From: Candidatus Kapaibacterium sp.
Lineage (GTDB): Bacteria > Bacteroidota > Ignavibacteria > Kapaibacteriales > UBA4661
DNA: 64,000 bases
Direction of reading: 5' to 3'
Assembly (NCBI GenBank): GCA_025358765.1
Contig: JANYIG010000165.1
Span: 6,024-70,023, forward strand
Every line of letters starts with the position of its first letter. The stretch's first letter is position 1. The notes beneath the pieces were generated by a model. The model saw nothing but the letters and a program-made list of their open reading frames with translations. It did no database searches and was not told where the DNA came from. The position numbers and the translations under genes are program-made. Positions 26,012 through 36,021 of this stretch are shown in pieces.

Positions 26012-27304
26012 TTATTTCTTTTTGGCTTTCCGTGCGGCACCCGCCGTGTCAATTTTCACCGCCATACCGTCTTCGAGCTCTTTGCTAATAGCGCGGAAAT
26101 TACCAGAGATGATGGACTGTCCTTCATTAATGCCGTTTTTGATCTCAATATAGCCGTTATCGCTGATACCAGTTTCTACTTGCACCATCTTAGCTTTGTT
26201 GTTGTCGTTTAGGAACACGACCGGTGTTGGCTTTTTCGTGTCTTTCGCTTTTGCTTTGTCCGATACTGGCTGTGCTGGCGCGTCGTCTGGTTTTTTATCG
26301 CCACCATCTCCCGTATTGCGACGAATGGTTACTGCCTGAAGCGGTACGGAGATGGCATTATAGCGAGTTTCCGTTTCGATATCCACATCGCAACTCATAC
26401 CCGGACGAAACCGTGCATCGGTGTCAATCAGTCGCACCTTGATGGTAAAGTTTACGACTTCCTCTTGCGTACCGGTCGCCAATTTTTTCGCGGAGTTGCC
26501 AATTTGATAGACATACCCTTTGAACACACGGTCAGCAAACGCATCTGCTTTCACTCGTGCCGTATCGCCGAGCGCAATCAACACAACATCGTTTTCGTCT
26601 ATATCAATTTCCGCATTCATTACCTTCAAATCGGCAATTTGCATAAGCTCTGTACCCTGCATTTGAGCCACACCGACGACTTTTTCCCCTGTTTTTACGG
26701 GCATCGAAACCACGATGCCGTCCTGCGGGGCATAAATAGTGGTTCGTGCTGCCGAAACGCTACTTTGCTTCACCGCAGCATATGAGCGTTCGTAATCCTT
26801 CGTAGCGCCTTCAAAACGGGCTTGAGCGGAGTTCATTGCTGCCGTTGCCGCATCTAAATCACCTTTCGAGGAAAATTGTTTGTCGTACAAACCCTTCACA
26901 CGCTCAAATTCGTTTTTTGTACGGTCAAGTTCTGCTTTTGCGGTGTTAATGTTTGCCTTAGCAGATTGGGCGGCAAACTGCGATTGCTCTAATTGTGATT
27001 GCACCAAATCTGGTTTGATGCGAACCAGTAATTGACCTTTGCGGACAGTGTCGCCTTCCTTCACGCCGAGATAAATAATTTCGCCACTTGCCTCGGACGA
27101 GATTTTCACAAGTGTTTCCGGCTGAATCTTACCCGTTGCTGAAACAGTTTGCACAATAGTGCGGCGCGAAGCAGGCTCGACGATAACTTCCAAGGATTTA
27201 TCTCGTTTGCCGAACACCGCAGCCGAAACACCGATGCCAACCACCACAAGGATAATCACGCCGAGAATGATACGATTCCGTTTAGTATTTTTTTTCTTAG
27301 CCAT
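26012..27304 (-). CDS. Efflux transporter periplasmic adaptor subunit (HlyD/MacA family)
   Basis: N-terminal TM, a long coiled-coil hairpin, and a biotinyl/lipoyl-like beta-barrel domain. Confidence 0.85.
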   Translation of the reverse strand: MAKKKNTKRNRIILGVIILVVVGIGVSAAVFGKRDKSLEVIVEPASRRTIVQTVSATGKIQPETLVKISSEASGEIIYLGVKEGDTVRKGQLLVRIKPDLVQSQLEQSQFAAQSAKANINTAKAELDRTKNEFERVKGLYDKQFSSKGDLDAATAAMNSAQARFEGATKDYERSYAAVKQSSVSAARTTIYAPQDGIVVSMPVKTGEKVVGVAQMQGTELMQIADLKVMNAEIDIDENDVVLIALGDTARVKADAFADRVFKGYVYQIGNSAKKLATGTQEEVVNFTIKVRLIDTDARFRPGMSCDVDIETETRYNAISVPLQAVTIRRNTGDGGDKKPDDAPAQPVSDKAKAKDTKKPTPVVFLNDNNKAKMVQVETGISDNGYIEIKNGINEGQSIISGNFRAISKELEDGMAVKIDTAGAARKAKKK

Positions 27305-27385
27305 TGCTGTCTATTGCGATTGTTGAATGAGGTATAAAAGAATTTGATGACTAAAATACAATTATTTCAGCCTGAAGACCGCTTG

Positions 27386-28801
27386 TTATTTCAAATCTTC
27401 GTCGAGCGTACCAAGTGCGAAGCGCATCTGATATTGTGCTGCAACGTAGTTGTAGAGCGTGTTAATGCGGTTAATACGTGCCGTCACGAGTGTTCCATTT
27501 GCCGTAGTATAATCCAAAATATTCGCTGCCCCAACTTTAAAACGCTCTTCGGCTGCATTAAAATTTTGTTCGGCAGATTTCAGCGAACGCGCCGTAATGT
27601 CGAGGTTTTTTTCAGCCGCCGCAAGCTGGATATATGCGTTTTGCACATCGCCCGATACAGCTTGCTCTACTTGGCGTTTTTTGATTTCGCTTTGTATGAG
27701 TTGTACCTGCGCTTGCTGAATCTGGTTGTCGCGGTTGAACCCATCAAACAACGTATAGCGCATGGTCAGACCAAAGGATTGCGAGGAACCATCATTAAAA
27801 GCACCAACATCATTACCAAACCAACTATAGCCAAAACTTGCGAAAAGGCTCGGAAACCAGCGACCATTCTGCGCTCTCACGCCTGCCGCTGCTGCATCCG
27901 ATGATATTCGAGCAGAAGATACATCAAGGCGTTTTTGCAATGCTTGGTTGAGCGCCATATTCACAGCCCCAACGGTTGCACGGAATTGAGCCATATCATC
28001 ATCGCCGACGGTTTCGGGAATTTTTACATCGGCAAAGTCGGCTGGCAAGGTAGGATTTAAGCCAAGTGTTGCTAAAAGCGTTCCTTTGGCAACTTCCAAA
28101 TCGTTTTCTGCCTGCACTATCGCAAGCTCGCGGTTGCTCACGTCGGCTTCCTGCGTGTAAACAGGTGCAATTGCTACTACACCTGCTTCGTATTGGGCAC
28201 GAACACGCTCAAGCTGTTTTTTACCAACCTCGAAGTCTTCTTTGCGCGTCTTCACCACTTGTTTTGCGCGGAGAATAGAAAGATATTGGCTGCGAACGGT
28301 ACTCAGCACTTTGCGACGCGCTTGCGCCAGACTCATATCCGCCGCGTCACGGTTCAGTTGTGCCTGACTATACGTTCCTTCACGATTAAAACCGTCAAAA
28401 ATCATGTAGTTAAGATTGGCATTTGCTGAAAACGAGTTGGGGTTAGAGATGGGGAACTCAACCCTTGCGCCGCCAATAGAGGACACAGATGTTGTATTGA
28501 GTTGCCGTCCGTAGCCCAAACTCATCGTTGCGCCTGGCAAATACTGCCCAAATGCCGCTTTTACACTGCTTTCAGCGCTATTGAGTTGTGCCATTGCGTT
28601 TTGCACGTCGAAGTTATCACCAGAAGCAATTTTCAAACATTCTTCAAATGTGAATGTCCGTGCGCCAGCACCGGCGGTGACTGTTTGGGCAGAAAGAGAA
28701 AATGGCAAAAGCAAAAGTAGAGCCACAAATACGGCGGTTGAAGTCGCTACAAGCCTTGATTGGTGCTTGGTTGGGGAGAGAGAAGAAGAAACAGGTTGCA
28801 T
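27386..28801 (-). CDS. TolC-family outer-membrane efflux protein
   Basis: A signal peptide and two repeated halves with the coiled-coil/beta pattern typical of OEP. Confidence 0.8.
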   Translation of the reverse strand: MQPVSSSLSPTKHQSRLVATSTAVFVALLLLLPFSLSAQTVTAGAGARTFTFEECLKIASGDNFDVQNAMAQLNSAESSVKAAFGQYLPGATMSLGYGRQLNTTSVSSIGGARVEFPISNPNSFSANANLNYMIFDGFNREGTYSQAQLNRDAADMSLAQARRKVLSTVRSQYLSILRAKQVVKTRKEDFEVGKKQLERVRAQYEAGVVAIAPVYTQEADVSNRELAIVQAENDLEVAKGTLLATLGLNPTLPADFADVKIPETVGDDDMAQFRATVGAVNMALNQALQKRLDVSSARISSDAAAAGVRAQNGRWFPSLFASFGYSWFGNDVGAFNDGSSQSFGLTMRYTLFDGFNRDNQIQQAQVQLIQSEIKKRQVEQAVSGDVQNAYIQLAAAEKNLDITARSLKSAEQNFNAAEERFKVGAANILDYTTANGTLVTARINRINTLYNYVAAQYQMRFALGTLDEDLK

Positions 28802-29167
28802 ACAAAATTCCGTGAAATAATTGTGAAATGGTTAAAGAATTGTCAAGCTTGTGTGTAATAGAGTGTCTTCCGAATTAGTTTTTATGTCATGCCAGCCTTG
28901 TACAATAATCGGAATAAACTCTCATATTTGAACTATCCATTCGATTAAATGTTTTTACAAGCAAAAGCCGCATGGACACTTGTTCCTACAGCATTAGAAC
29001 GGATTTTTCAAAAAATTGTTTCAAAAAAATAGAAGAGGTACAATGAAGTGCGGAAAATCAATAACCGGACGATAGCCTGATGATGGTCAGGCGACGGAAA
29101 AAATCTTGGCATCTGCTGTGACTTTGGTAAATTACAGGATTCATTTAAGAACAACAAGGAATCGCAG

Positions 29168-29818
29168 ATGGCATCGCTTATAGTGGAAATTCATTCGGTC
29201 ACGCCGCAGCCCAGAAAACTTCAGCAAGTTGCCGCCGCCGCTCGTGATGGAGCGGTGCTTTTGTACCCGACCGATACAGGGTTTGCGCTTGGGTGCTGCT
29301 TGGGGAACAAAACTGCTATCAGTCGTGTGCGTGAGATTCGGCGGATGCCACAGCATAAGAATCTGACATTTTTGTGCGATTCTCTCTCGAACATTGCTGA
29401 ATACGCCAAAGTGAGCAATATGGCGTACAGAAGCATCAAGCGGTTGATTCCGGGGCCGTTTACATTCATCTTACCAGCAACAAAACAAGTTCCGAACTAT
29501 GCCGTTGACCCTAAACGCAAGACCTCCGGTATTCGCGTTCCTGATAACCGCCTGGTGCGGGATTTGCTGAAAGAACACGGCAGCCCTCTTATTTCTATCA
29601 CGGCAAAGCATCCCGACAAAGATGCTGACAATAACGATGAACTCATTGAATTGCTCACGCCGCTTGTGGACGTTGTAGTGACAAGCGAAGAATATCATTT
29701 TGTGGGCGAATCCAGCGTGATTGATATGACGACCGAAGAATTTCTGCTCATCAGACGTGGCGCGGGCATGGGCGATGTTGAACGCAATCTTCCGCAATTC
29801 ATTGAAGAAACCGCTTGA
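29168..29818 (+). CDS. L-threonylcarbamoyladenylate synthase family protein (YciO/YrdC/Sua5-type)
   Basis: LLYPTDTGFALGC...FLCDSLSNIAEY matches the YrdC-domain fold. It lies immediately upstream of tsaD. Confidence 0.8.
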   Translation: MASLIVEIHSVTPQPRKLQQVAAAARDGAVLLYPTDTGFALGCCLGNKTAISRVREIRRMPQHKNLTFLCDSLSNIAEYAKVSNMAYRSIKRLIPGPFTFILPATKQVPNYAVDPKRKTSGIRVPDNRLVRDLLKEHGSPLISITAKHPDKDADNNDELIELLTPLVDVVVTSEEYHFVGESSVIDMTTEEFLLIRRGAGMGDVERNLPQFIEETA

Positions 29819-29842
29819 ATCCAAGCTGTATAATTAAATTTT

Positions 29843-30874
29843 ATGACTTCTTTTACCGAGCAAAGCACATTATTAGCGATTGAAACCTCGTGCGACGAGA
29901 CTTCTGCTGCCGTTTTCCGAGGACGCGAACTTGCGGCAAACGTTATTTCCTCACAGATGTTTCACACCAAATACGGCGGCATTATCCCAGAACTTGCTTC
30001 ACGGGCACACGTGCAGTCACTTCCGGCGGTTGTTGCCGAGGCGTTGCGGCAAGCGGGCGTAGGGATGCGCGATGTGGGCGGCATAGCAGTGACGGCGCAT
30101 CCGGGCTTGATGGGAGCGCTCGTAGTTGGTACGAGCTTCGCTAAAGGTTTGTCGCTGCGATACAACGTGCCGCTTGTGGCGGTGAATCACATCGAGGGGC
30201 ATATCTTCTCAGCATTTATCGAGAACGAATCACTTGCATTCCCGTTTCTTGCACTTGTGGTGAGTGGTGGACACACGAGCATCTTCCACGTTCGGTCGTT
30301 CGAGGATTACGAAATTATCGGCTCCACAAGGGATGATGCGGCGGGCGAGGCATTCGACAAAATTGCAAAATTATTGGGCTTAGGTTATCCGGGCGGTGCG
30401 AAAATGGATGCGGTTGCAAAACAGGGCAACCCGGCTGCCATCAAGTTTCCACGCGGGATGTACCATGAAGAACACTTCGATTTCAGTTTTAGCGGTTTAA
30501 AAACGTCCGTTCGTACCTACGTCCAGAACACCCTGCGAAATCAAGTGACGGCAGAACTATTGCCCGATTTGTGTGCATCGGCGCAAGAAGCGATTGTGGA
30601 TGTGTTGGTTCACAAAACTCTACGCGCTGCCGACCGCACTGATGCTCGTGCAATCGTGGTTGCAGGCGGCGTGGCGGCAAATTCACGCCTTCGCGCTAAA
30701 CTCCACGAGCAAGCTACGAAGCGCTCTATAGGACTTTTTATCCCTTCGATGCAGCTTTGTACCGATAACGCTGGCATGATTGGCATTGTTGGACGCAAAA
30801 AGCTTCTACACGGCATTCAGAGCGGCTTAGAGTTCACGGTGTCGTCGAACGCACTTCGCGCCAAACGAGCGTAA
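29843..30874 (+). CDS. tsaD: tRNA N6-adenosine threonylcarbamoyltransferase TsaD (Kae1/Gcp)
   Basis: LAIETSCDETSAAV N-terminus plus the HIEGH and SGGV motifs. Confidence 0.9.
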   Translation: MTSFTEQSTLLAIETSCDETSAAVFRGRELAANVISSQMFHTKYGGIIPELASRAHVQSLPAVVAEALRQAGVGMRDVGGIAVTAHPGLMGALVVGTSFAKGLSLRYNVPLVAVNHIEGHIFSAFIENESLAFPFLALVVSGGHTSIFHVRSFEDYEIIGSTRDDAAGEAFDKIAKLLGLGYPGGAKMDAVAKQGNPAAIKFPRGMYHEEHFDFSFSGLKTSVRTYVQNTLRNQVTAELLPDLCASAQEAIVDVLVHKTLRAADRTDARAIVVAGGVAANSRLRAKLHEQATKRSIGLFIPSMQLCTDNAGMIGIVGRKKLLHGIQSGLEFTVSSNALRAKRA

Positions 30875-30898
30875 AGCGAACATATATGTTTCCCTACA

Positions 30899-31333
30899 AT
30901 GTCTGTTCTTCGTATATTTGGCTTTCTGGGACTTTATAGCACGGAAAACATCGTTACGGTGGCTTCTCCAAAAACCACAAGCATTATGAATACACTATCA
31001 GCCTACCACGAAGAAGAAGTGACTCAGAATACAGACACGTACACGAAATCATTCTCATCATTTCAAAACGCTGAGATGGATATTCTGCTCCACTCTCCGA
31101 TGCAGTGCGACGTTCAAACAAGTGACGATGGCGTACATATTGCCTATCCGCCGTTGAATCTTCACTCCTTTGGTGTATCTGAAACTGAAGCTCTGGATGA
31201 TTTTACTAATGAACTTTCCTACATCCACGCTCACTACCTTCATGCACCTGATGAAACGTTAACGAGTTATGCTCGAAGCATCAAATATGGCGTTTTATCG
31301 GTAGTCAAAGAGGTACGACGTGGCAAGTCTTGA
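30899..31333 (+). CDS. HicB-like antitoxin candidate (alternative ATG start at 30986)
   Basis: DDGVHIAYPPLNLHSFGVSETEALDDFTNELSYIHAHY resembles the HicB N-terminal RNase-H-like fold (DG-Y-a-P.LpG....G.T.eEAl). It overlaps the next ORF by 14 nt. Confidence 0.4.
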   Translation: MSVLRIFGFLGLYSTENIVTVASPKTTSIMNTLSAYHEEEVTQNTDTYTKSFSSFQNAEMDILLHSPMQCDVQTSDDGVHIAYPPLNLHSFGVSETEALDDFTNELSYIHAHYLHAPDETLTSYARSIKYGVLSVVKEVRRGKS

Positions 31334-31598
31334 CAGCAGGAAAGTTGAACGTGCATTAAAGAAAAAAGGCTTCATCGAAGAAGCTGGCGATCATAAATAC
31401 TTTCGGCTCTATGTTGACGGCAAAGATACAGGCATATTTACAAAAATGAGCCGTAATAATCAAGATGTTGGGGATGGGCTAATAAAGAAAATGGCAAACC
31501 AACTCAAGATGGAACCCTCATTTTTTAAAGCCTTTACCGATTGCACAAAAACCAACAATGATTATCTTGAGGAGCTTTTCAAGCAGAACATACTTTGA
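31320..31598 (+). CDS. HicA/YcfA-like toxin candidate
   Basis: KKKGFIEEAGDHKYFRLYV...GDGLIKKMANQLKM loosely matches the HicA consensus (GSHhh.rh ... tl.kIlkqlgl). It is 92 aa and translationally coupled to the upstream ORF. Confidence 0.4.
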   Translation: MASLDSRKVERALKKKGFIEEAGDHKYFRLYVDGKDTGIFTKMSRNNQDVGDGLIKKMANQLKMEPSFFKAFTDCTKTNNDYLEELFKQNIL

Positions 31599-31724
31599 TC
31601 ACTTCGCCATTCTACGTACTCGTAAGTGCTTTCCCAGTATAATTTTATGGTAAATATCAACAAGGGAAAGCGGGAAACGTCAACGTCAGAATTACATGTT
31701 TTTATTTTTTTTCGTAAACAGCGC

Positions 31725-32849
31725 ATGAATACAAGTGTCCGTCCGATTACGTCCGCAGAGGTGATGAAATTCATCAAATGTCAGTGGAATTTCTACAAAG
31801 GCGATCCAAACTGGGTTGCACCGCTTATTCAGGAGCGCAAAAAACTCCTCAGTACCGAAAAAAATCCTTTCTACCAACACTCGAAGATTCAGATGTTTCT
31901 TGCCGAGCGTGGCGGTGAAGTTGTTGGGCGCATTGCGGCTATTACGAACGACAATCACAACAAGAAATTTAACGACAAAGTGGGATTTTTCGGTTTTTTT
32001 GAGTGCGAGGACAATCAAGACACTGCCGACAAACTCTTCGATGCGGCACACCAATGGCTCCGCACACAAGGTATGGACACAGTTCGCGGTCCGGTCAATC
32101 CTTCAATGAACGATGAAGCGGCGTTGCTCGTGGATGGTTTCGATGAACCTCCGGTGATTCTAACGACCTACAACCCTCGCTACTACATGCAGCTCATCGA
32201 ACAAGCGGGCTACGCAAAGGCGAAGGATATGTTTGCGTACATCCTGAAACATGAGAATTACCAATCTGATAAAATGAAACGCCTACAAGCAGCTATCCGA
32301 GAGCGTTACAAGATTACTATCCGCGAGGTAAACCTGAAAGATAAGGCGCAACTGAAAAAAGATACGGACGCTATCAAAGACATCTACAACGCCGCATGGC
32401 AGAACAACTGGGGTATGGTTGCCTTCACCGATGATGAATGGGCAGCGCTTGTTAAGGATTTGAAGCCTATTGCCGACTCGCGCATTATCTACCTTGCAGA
32501 GGTGGGCGGAAAACCTGCGGGCTTCACGCTCGCGCTTCCGGATGTGAACCGTGCGCTCATTCACAGTCGTGGCGGCGGTTTGCTCGGCGCGGGTTGGGCG
32601 CTCGTGACCAAACGCAAGAAGGTCAATCTTTGCCGCATCATCGTGATGGGCGTATTCCCAGAATATCAAAAACTTGGCATAGATGCTGTTATGTATTCTG
32701 AAATCAGCGAGCGTTCCCGCGAGAAATATACCGAAGGCGGCGAAGCATCGTGGATTGCTGAGGACAACACGGCGATGAACCTTGCTCTGACAAAAGCAAT
32801 GAATGCTAAGATTTACAAGACATACCGGGTTTACGAACGCGGGATTTGA
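31725..32849 (+). CDS. Hypothetical two-lobed acyl-CoA N-acyltransferase (GNAT-like) protein
   Basis: Two repeats of a GNAT-like beta-alpha pattern (VGRIAAITND... and GKPAGFTLALPD...). Start moved to the internal ATG (MNTSVRPI). Confidence 0.35.
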   Translation: MNTSVRPITSAEVMKFIKCQWNFYKGDPNWVAPLIQERKKLLSTEKNPFYQHSKIQMFLAERGGEVVGRIAAITNDNHNKKFNDKVGFFGFFECEDNQDTADKLFDAAHQWLRTQGMDTVRGPVNPSMNDEAALLVDGFDEPPVILTTYNPRYYMQLIEQAGYAKAKDMFAYILKHENYQSDKMKRLQAAIRERYKITIREVNLKDKAQLKKDTDAIKDIYNAAWQNNWGMVAFTDDEWAALVKDLKPIADSRIIYLAEVGGKPAGFTLALPDVNRALIHSRGGGLLGAGWALVTKRKKVNLCRIIVMGVFPEYQKLGIDAVMYSEISERSREKYTEGGEASWIAEDNTAMNLALTKAMNAKIYKTYRVYERGI

Positions 32850-32913
32850 GATCACCACTTTGATTATCACCACGTCGTTCAACCAACGATGAAATTACCT
32901 TTTTTAACTTTCT

Positions 32914-33810
32914 TTGGAGAAGAGCTTTATGCGAACAATTATGCTGAGAACCGCAATTGCCATATCATTTATCGTATCGTTGTATGGATGCAGCAAATGT
33001 GGCGGCGGTGCGGAGCAAAAAATAACCGAGCAAATCAATGCGGAAAAAGGCGTATTGACGAGTGAAAAAGATCGAACGGATAGTCTGTACCGTGAGGCGC
33101 TCAAACAAGTGGATGAAATGATGAGTGTTTTAAGTGCTCTCGAGGCAGAAGAAGGTATCGTCCGCACAATGGGTCAAGAAAAAGGCGAGTCGGCAGCTAC
33201 GTTCAAGCAGCGCATGGAAGATATTGCGAAACGTTTGAATGACAAAACCGCGACAATCCGCAAACAAGCAAATGAAATCACTTCGCTCAAGAGTAAACTT
33301 GCCGCAACCGAAGTAAAACTTGCCGCCGTAACAAAACGCGCCGATTCGCTTGGAGCGTTAGTCAACGTACAGCAAAAAGAGATTGTGCAACTCCGCGAAC
33401 AGCTTGTATCCTCGCGCAGAACGATTGATTCACTCAAAACAAAACTTGCCGAAAAAGATGCCATTATCGCAAGTAAAGTCAAAGACCTGAACCGCGCCTT
33501 TTACATCGTGGCGAGCAAAGATAACCTTTTAGAAAAAGGCATTGTTGACAAACAAGGCAAAGTGCTGTTCTTTGGCGGTCGGATTGCGATGAAGCAAAAT
33601 TTTGACACAAAAGATTTCACGAAAATTGACATCTCTGAACTGAGGGAAATCCCCATTAACGCCGCAAAATCTGACGTAACGCTTGTTTCCACGCACGACG
33701 CAGACACGTACCAACTGGTCGAAGCTGGCGACGGTAAATCTACGCTCAAAATAAAAGATGCTGATCGTTTCTGGAAAAGCGCGAAATATCTGGTTGTGAT
33801 GACCGAATAA
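32914..33810 (+). CDS. Coiled-coil lipoprotein of unknown function
   Basis: Signal peptide with lipobox (LYG-C), then about 180 aa of heptad-rich sequence. Confidence 0.5.
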   Translation: MEKSFMRTIMLRTAIAISFIVSLYGCSKCGGGAEQKITEQINAEKGVLTSEKDRTDSLYREALKQVDEMMSVLSALEAEEGIVRTMGQEKGESAATFKQRMEDIAKRLNDKTATIRKQANEITSLKSKLAATEVKLAAVTKRADSLGALVNVQQKEIVQLREQLVSSRRTIDSLKTKLAEKDAIIASKVKDLNRAFYIVASKDNLLEKGIVDKQGKVLFFGGRIAMKQNFDTKDFTKIDISELREIPINAAKSDVTLVSTHDADTYQLVEAGDGKSTLKIKDADRFWKSAKYLVVMTE

Positions 33811-33833
33811 TTATTATTCATTCAAACGGACTC

Positions 33834-35399
33834 TTGGAGGAGTACATGCGTCCAGCATTTATCAACGAAACGTACTATAATTTTAGCGACCCCGCCATAG
33901 CCGCCAAACAACGGGCGGCTGTGGATGAGGTTCGCAGCCGTTTTGGTAAGGAATACCCAAACATCATTGATGGCAAGGAAGTGACAACCGAGAAAAAAAT
34001 CACGTCGCTTAATCCATCGAACATCAGCGAGACTGTTGGCGTATTCCAGTCTGCCACGCAACAGGACGCGGAAGCGTCTCTACAAGCCGCATGGAAAGCA
34101 TTCGAGTCGTGGAAAAAGGTCCCTGCCGAAGAACGTGCGGAGTATTTTTTCAAAGCCGCCGACCTGATGCGGAAGCGGCGAATGGAAATTAATGCATGGA
34201 TGGTATCTGAAGCTGGCAAAAACTACCTCGAAGCAGATGCTGACACGTGCGAAGGTATTGATTTTCTGGATTTTTACGCTCGCGAGGCTATCCGCTACGC
34301 ACAGCCACAACCGCTCACGCCCTCGCCGCTTGAAGGCGAGAAAAACTCATACTCTTATATCCCGCTTGGTGCGGGTTTTGTGATTCCACCGTGGAATTTT
34401 CCGTTTGCGATTTTGGCGGGCATGGCTTCAGCCGCAATGGTTGCGGGCAACACGGTTGTTCTCAAGCCGGCAATTGAAACCCCGATGATGGGCTGGCTGT
34501 TTGTAGAGATTATGCGCGAGGTAGGGCTTCCGGCGGGTGTATTGAACTTCTTGAACGCCGACCCACGCGAGGTGGGTGATTATCTGGTTGGGCATCCGAA
34601 AACACGCTTTGTGTCGTTCACCGGTTCGATGCAAGTTGGATTACATATCAACGAACTTGCCGCAAAAACGGCTCCCGGACAGATGTGGATGAAACGTGTC
34701 ATCGCTGAAATGGGTGGCAAAGATGCAACCGTCGTTGCCGATGATGCTAATCTTGACGAGGCGGTAAAAGGCACGGTCGCGGCAGCATTCGGTTTCCAAG
34801 GGCAAAAATGCTCCGCATGTTCACGTGTGATTGTTGATGAAAAGATACATGATGTGTTCGTCGAAAAACTCGTTGCCGCCACAAAAGCGCTTCAGATGGG
34901 CGATGCGAAGGATGATGCACCCGTTGGACCTGTTTCCAGCATCAAAGCAGAAACAAAGATTTTGGAGTGCGTCGAAATCGCTAAAAGCGAAGGTATAGTG
35001 CTTACGGGTGGTAAAAAGGTGGAAGGTTTGAACGGTTATTACATTGAACCAACAATAGTCGCGGGCATTGCGCCCACTGCACGCACGGCGCAAGAGGAGA
35101 TTTTTGGTCCGGTGCTGGCGGTTATCAAAGCAAAAAATTTCGACCACGCACTTGAAATTGCCAACAATACGAAATTTGGACTCACGGGCGGTTTATACTC
35201 CGCCAGCGAAGAGCGTTTGGAGCGTGCTCGTAACGAGTTTCACGTAGGTAATTTGTACTTGAATCGCAAGTGTACAGGCGCATTGGTGGATGTGCATCCG
35301 TTTGGTGGTTTTAACATGAGCGGCACGGACTCGAAGGCGGGTAGCCGTGATTATTTGTTATTGTTCATGCAAGGCAAATCTGTTGCGCGTAAGTATTGA
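33834..35399 (+). CDS. pruA: L-glutamate gamma-semialdehyde (1-pyrroline-5-carboxylate) dehydrogenase
   Basis: Aldehyde dehydrogenase motifs EMGGKDATVV and FGFQGQKCSACSR. Confidence 0.85.
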   Translation: MEEYMRPAFINETYYNFSDPAIAAKQRAAVDEVRSRFGKEYPNIIDGKEVTTEKKITSLNPSNISETVGVFQSATQQDAEASLQAAWKAFESWKKVPAEERAEYFFKAADLMRKRRMEINAWMVSEAGKNYLEADADTCEGIDFLDFYAREAIRYAQPQPLTPSPLEGEKNSYSYIPLGAGFVIPPWNFPFAILAGMASAAMVAGNTVVLKPAIETPMMGWLFVEIMREVGLPAGVLNFLNADPREVGDYLVGHPKTRFVSFTGSMQVGLHINELAAKTAPGQMWMKRVIAEMGGKDATVVADDANLDEAVKGTVAAAFGFQGQKCSACSRVIVDEKIHDVFVEKLVAATKALQMGDAKDDAPVGPVSSIKAETKILECVEIAKSEGIVLTGGKKVEGLNGYYIEPTIVAGIAPTARTAQEEIFGPVLAVIKAKNFDHALEIANNTKFGLTGGLYSASEERLERARNEFHVGNLYLNRKCTGALVDVHPFGGFNMSGTDSKAGSRDYLLLFMQGKSVARKY

Positions 35400-35576
35400 C
35401 GCTTGTTCAAGCATCGCACAGGTATTTTCAAAAGAGCATCCAAAAAACAACAATGTCCGTTTCACCACATCTTCGTGCTGGAACGGATTTTGTTTTTGTA
35501 TTTTGGTAATCATCCGTTGTACGAGGATTATAGCGCTACCCAGAACATTTCTGACGAAAAAACCACAACAAACAAT

Positions 35577-35610
35577 AAACCAAGCTCTTTGAAGGCTTGG
35601 TTTATTGTTT
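35577..35610. terminator. Bidirectional rho-independent terminator (aaaccaagc-loop-gcttggttt + T-tract)
   Basis: Lies between convergent pruA and the 105-aa ORF. Confidence 0.6.
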
Positions 35611-35639
35611 GTCTGACGTAACCTTGCGTCAAACAGCTA

Positions 35640-35957
35640 TCAGTCAATCATCAACGTCGGCGTATTGCCGCACTCTGGCGGACATGACACACCCAACGAA
35701 GCAACGTGACCGTTCACAAGTTCGCTACCGTCTTCCTTCACACCCACAAGAATCAATTGGTCTTTGCCGCCAAAGTCTTTGCCGAAATAGAAGCGAATGC
35801 CCACGCATTCTGCTTGTCCAAGAATAGCGAGCAATGATTGCTTACCGAAGAATGTCCCGTAAATACTGCCTTTGCTAGCCTTTTCACGGTAATTTTCTAT
35901 CATCTGTTTGCCGTCGGCAACGTCAATAATGTGTTTTTCTTTGCCTGTAAAGGTCAT
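35640..35957 (-). CDS. Hypothetical 105-aa protein with a C-terminal CPPECG motif
   Basis: An ORF of plausible composition bracketed by a terminator. No recognisable family. Confidence 0.35.
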   Translation of the reverse strand: MTFTGKEKHIIDVADGKQMIENYREKASKGSIYGTFFGKQSLLAILGQAECVGIRFYFGKDFGGKDQLILVGVKEDGSELVNGHVASLGVSCPPECGNTPTLMID

Positions 35958-36021
35958 AGTTCCTCCGTAGAATGGATAATGGATAGGGAATAATGGAAAT
36001 TGCTTGTCTAAAATTATTTAT

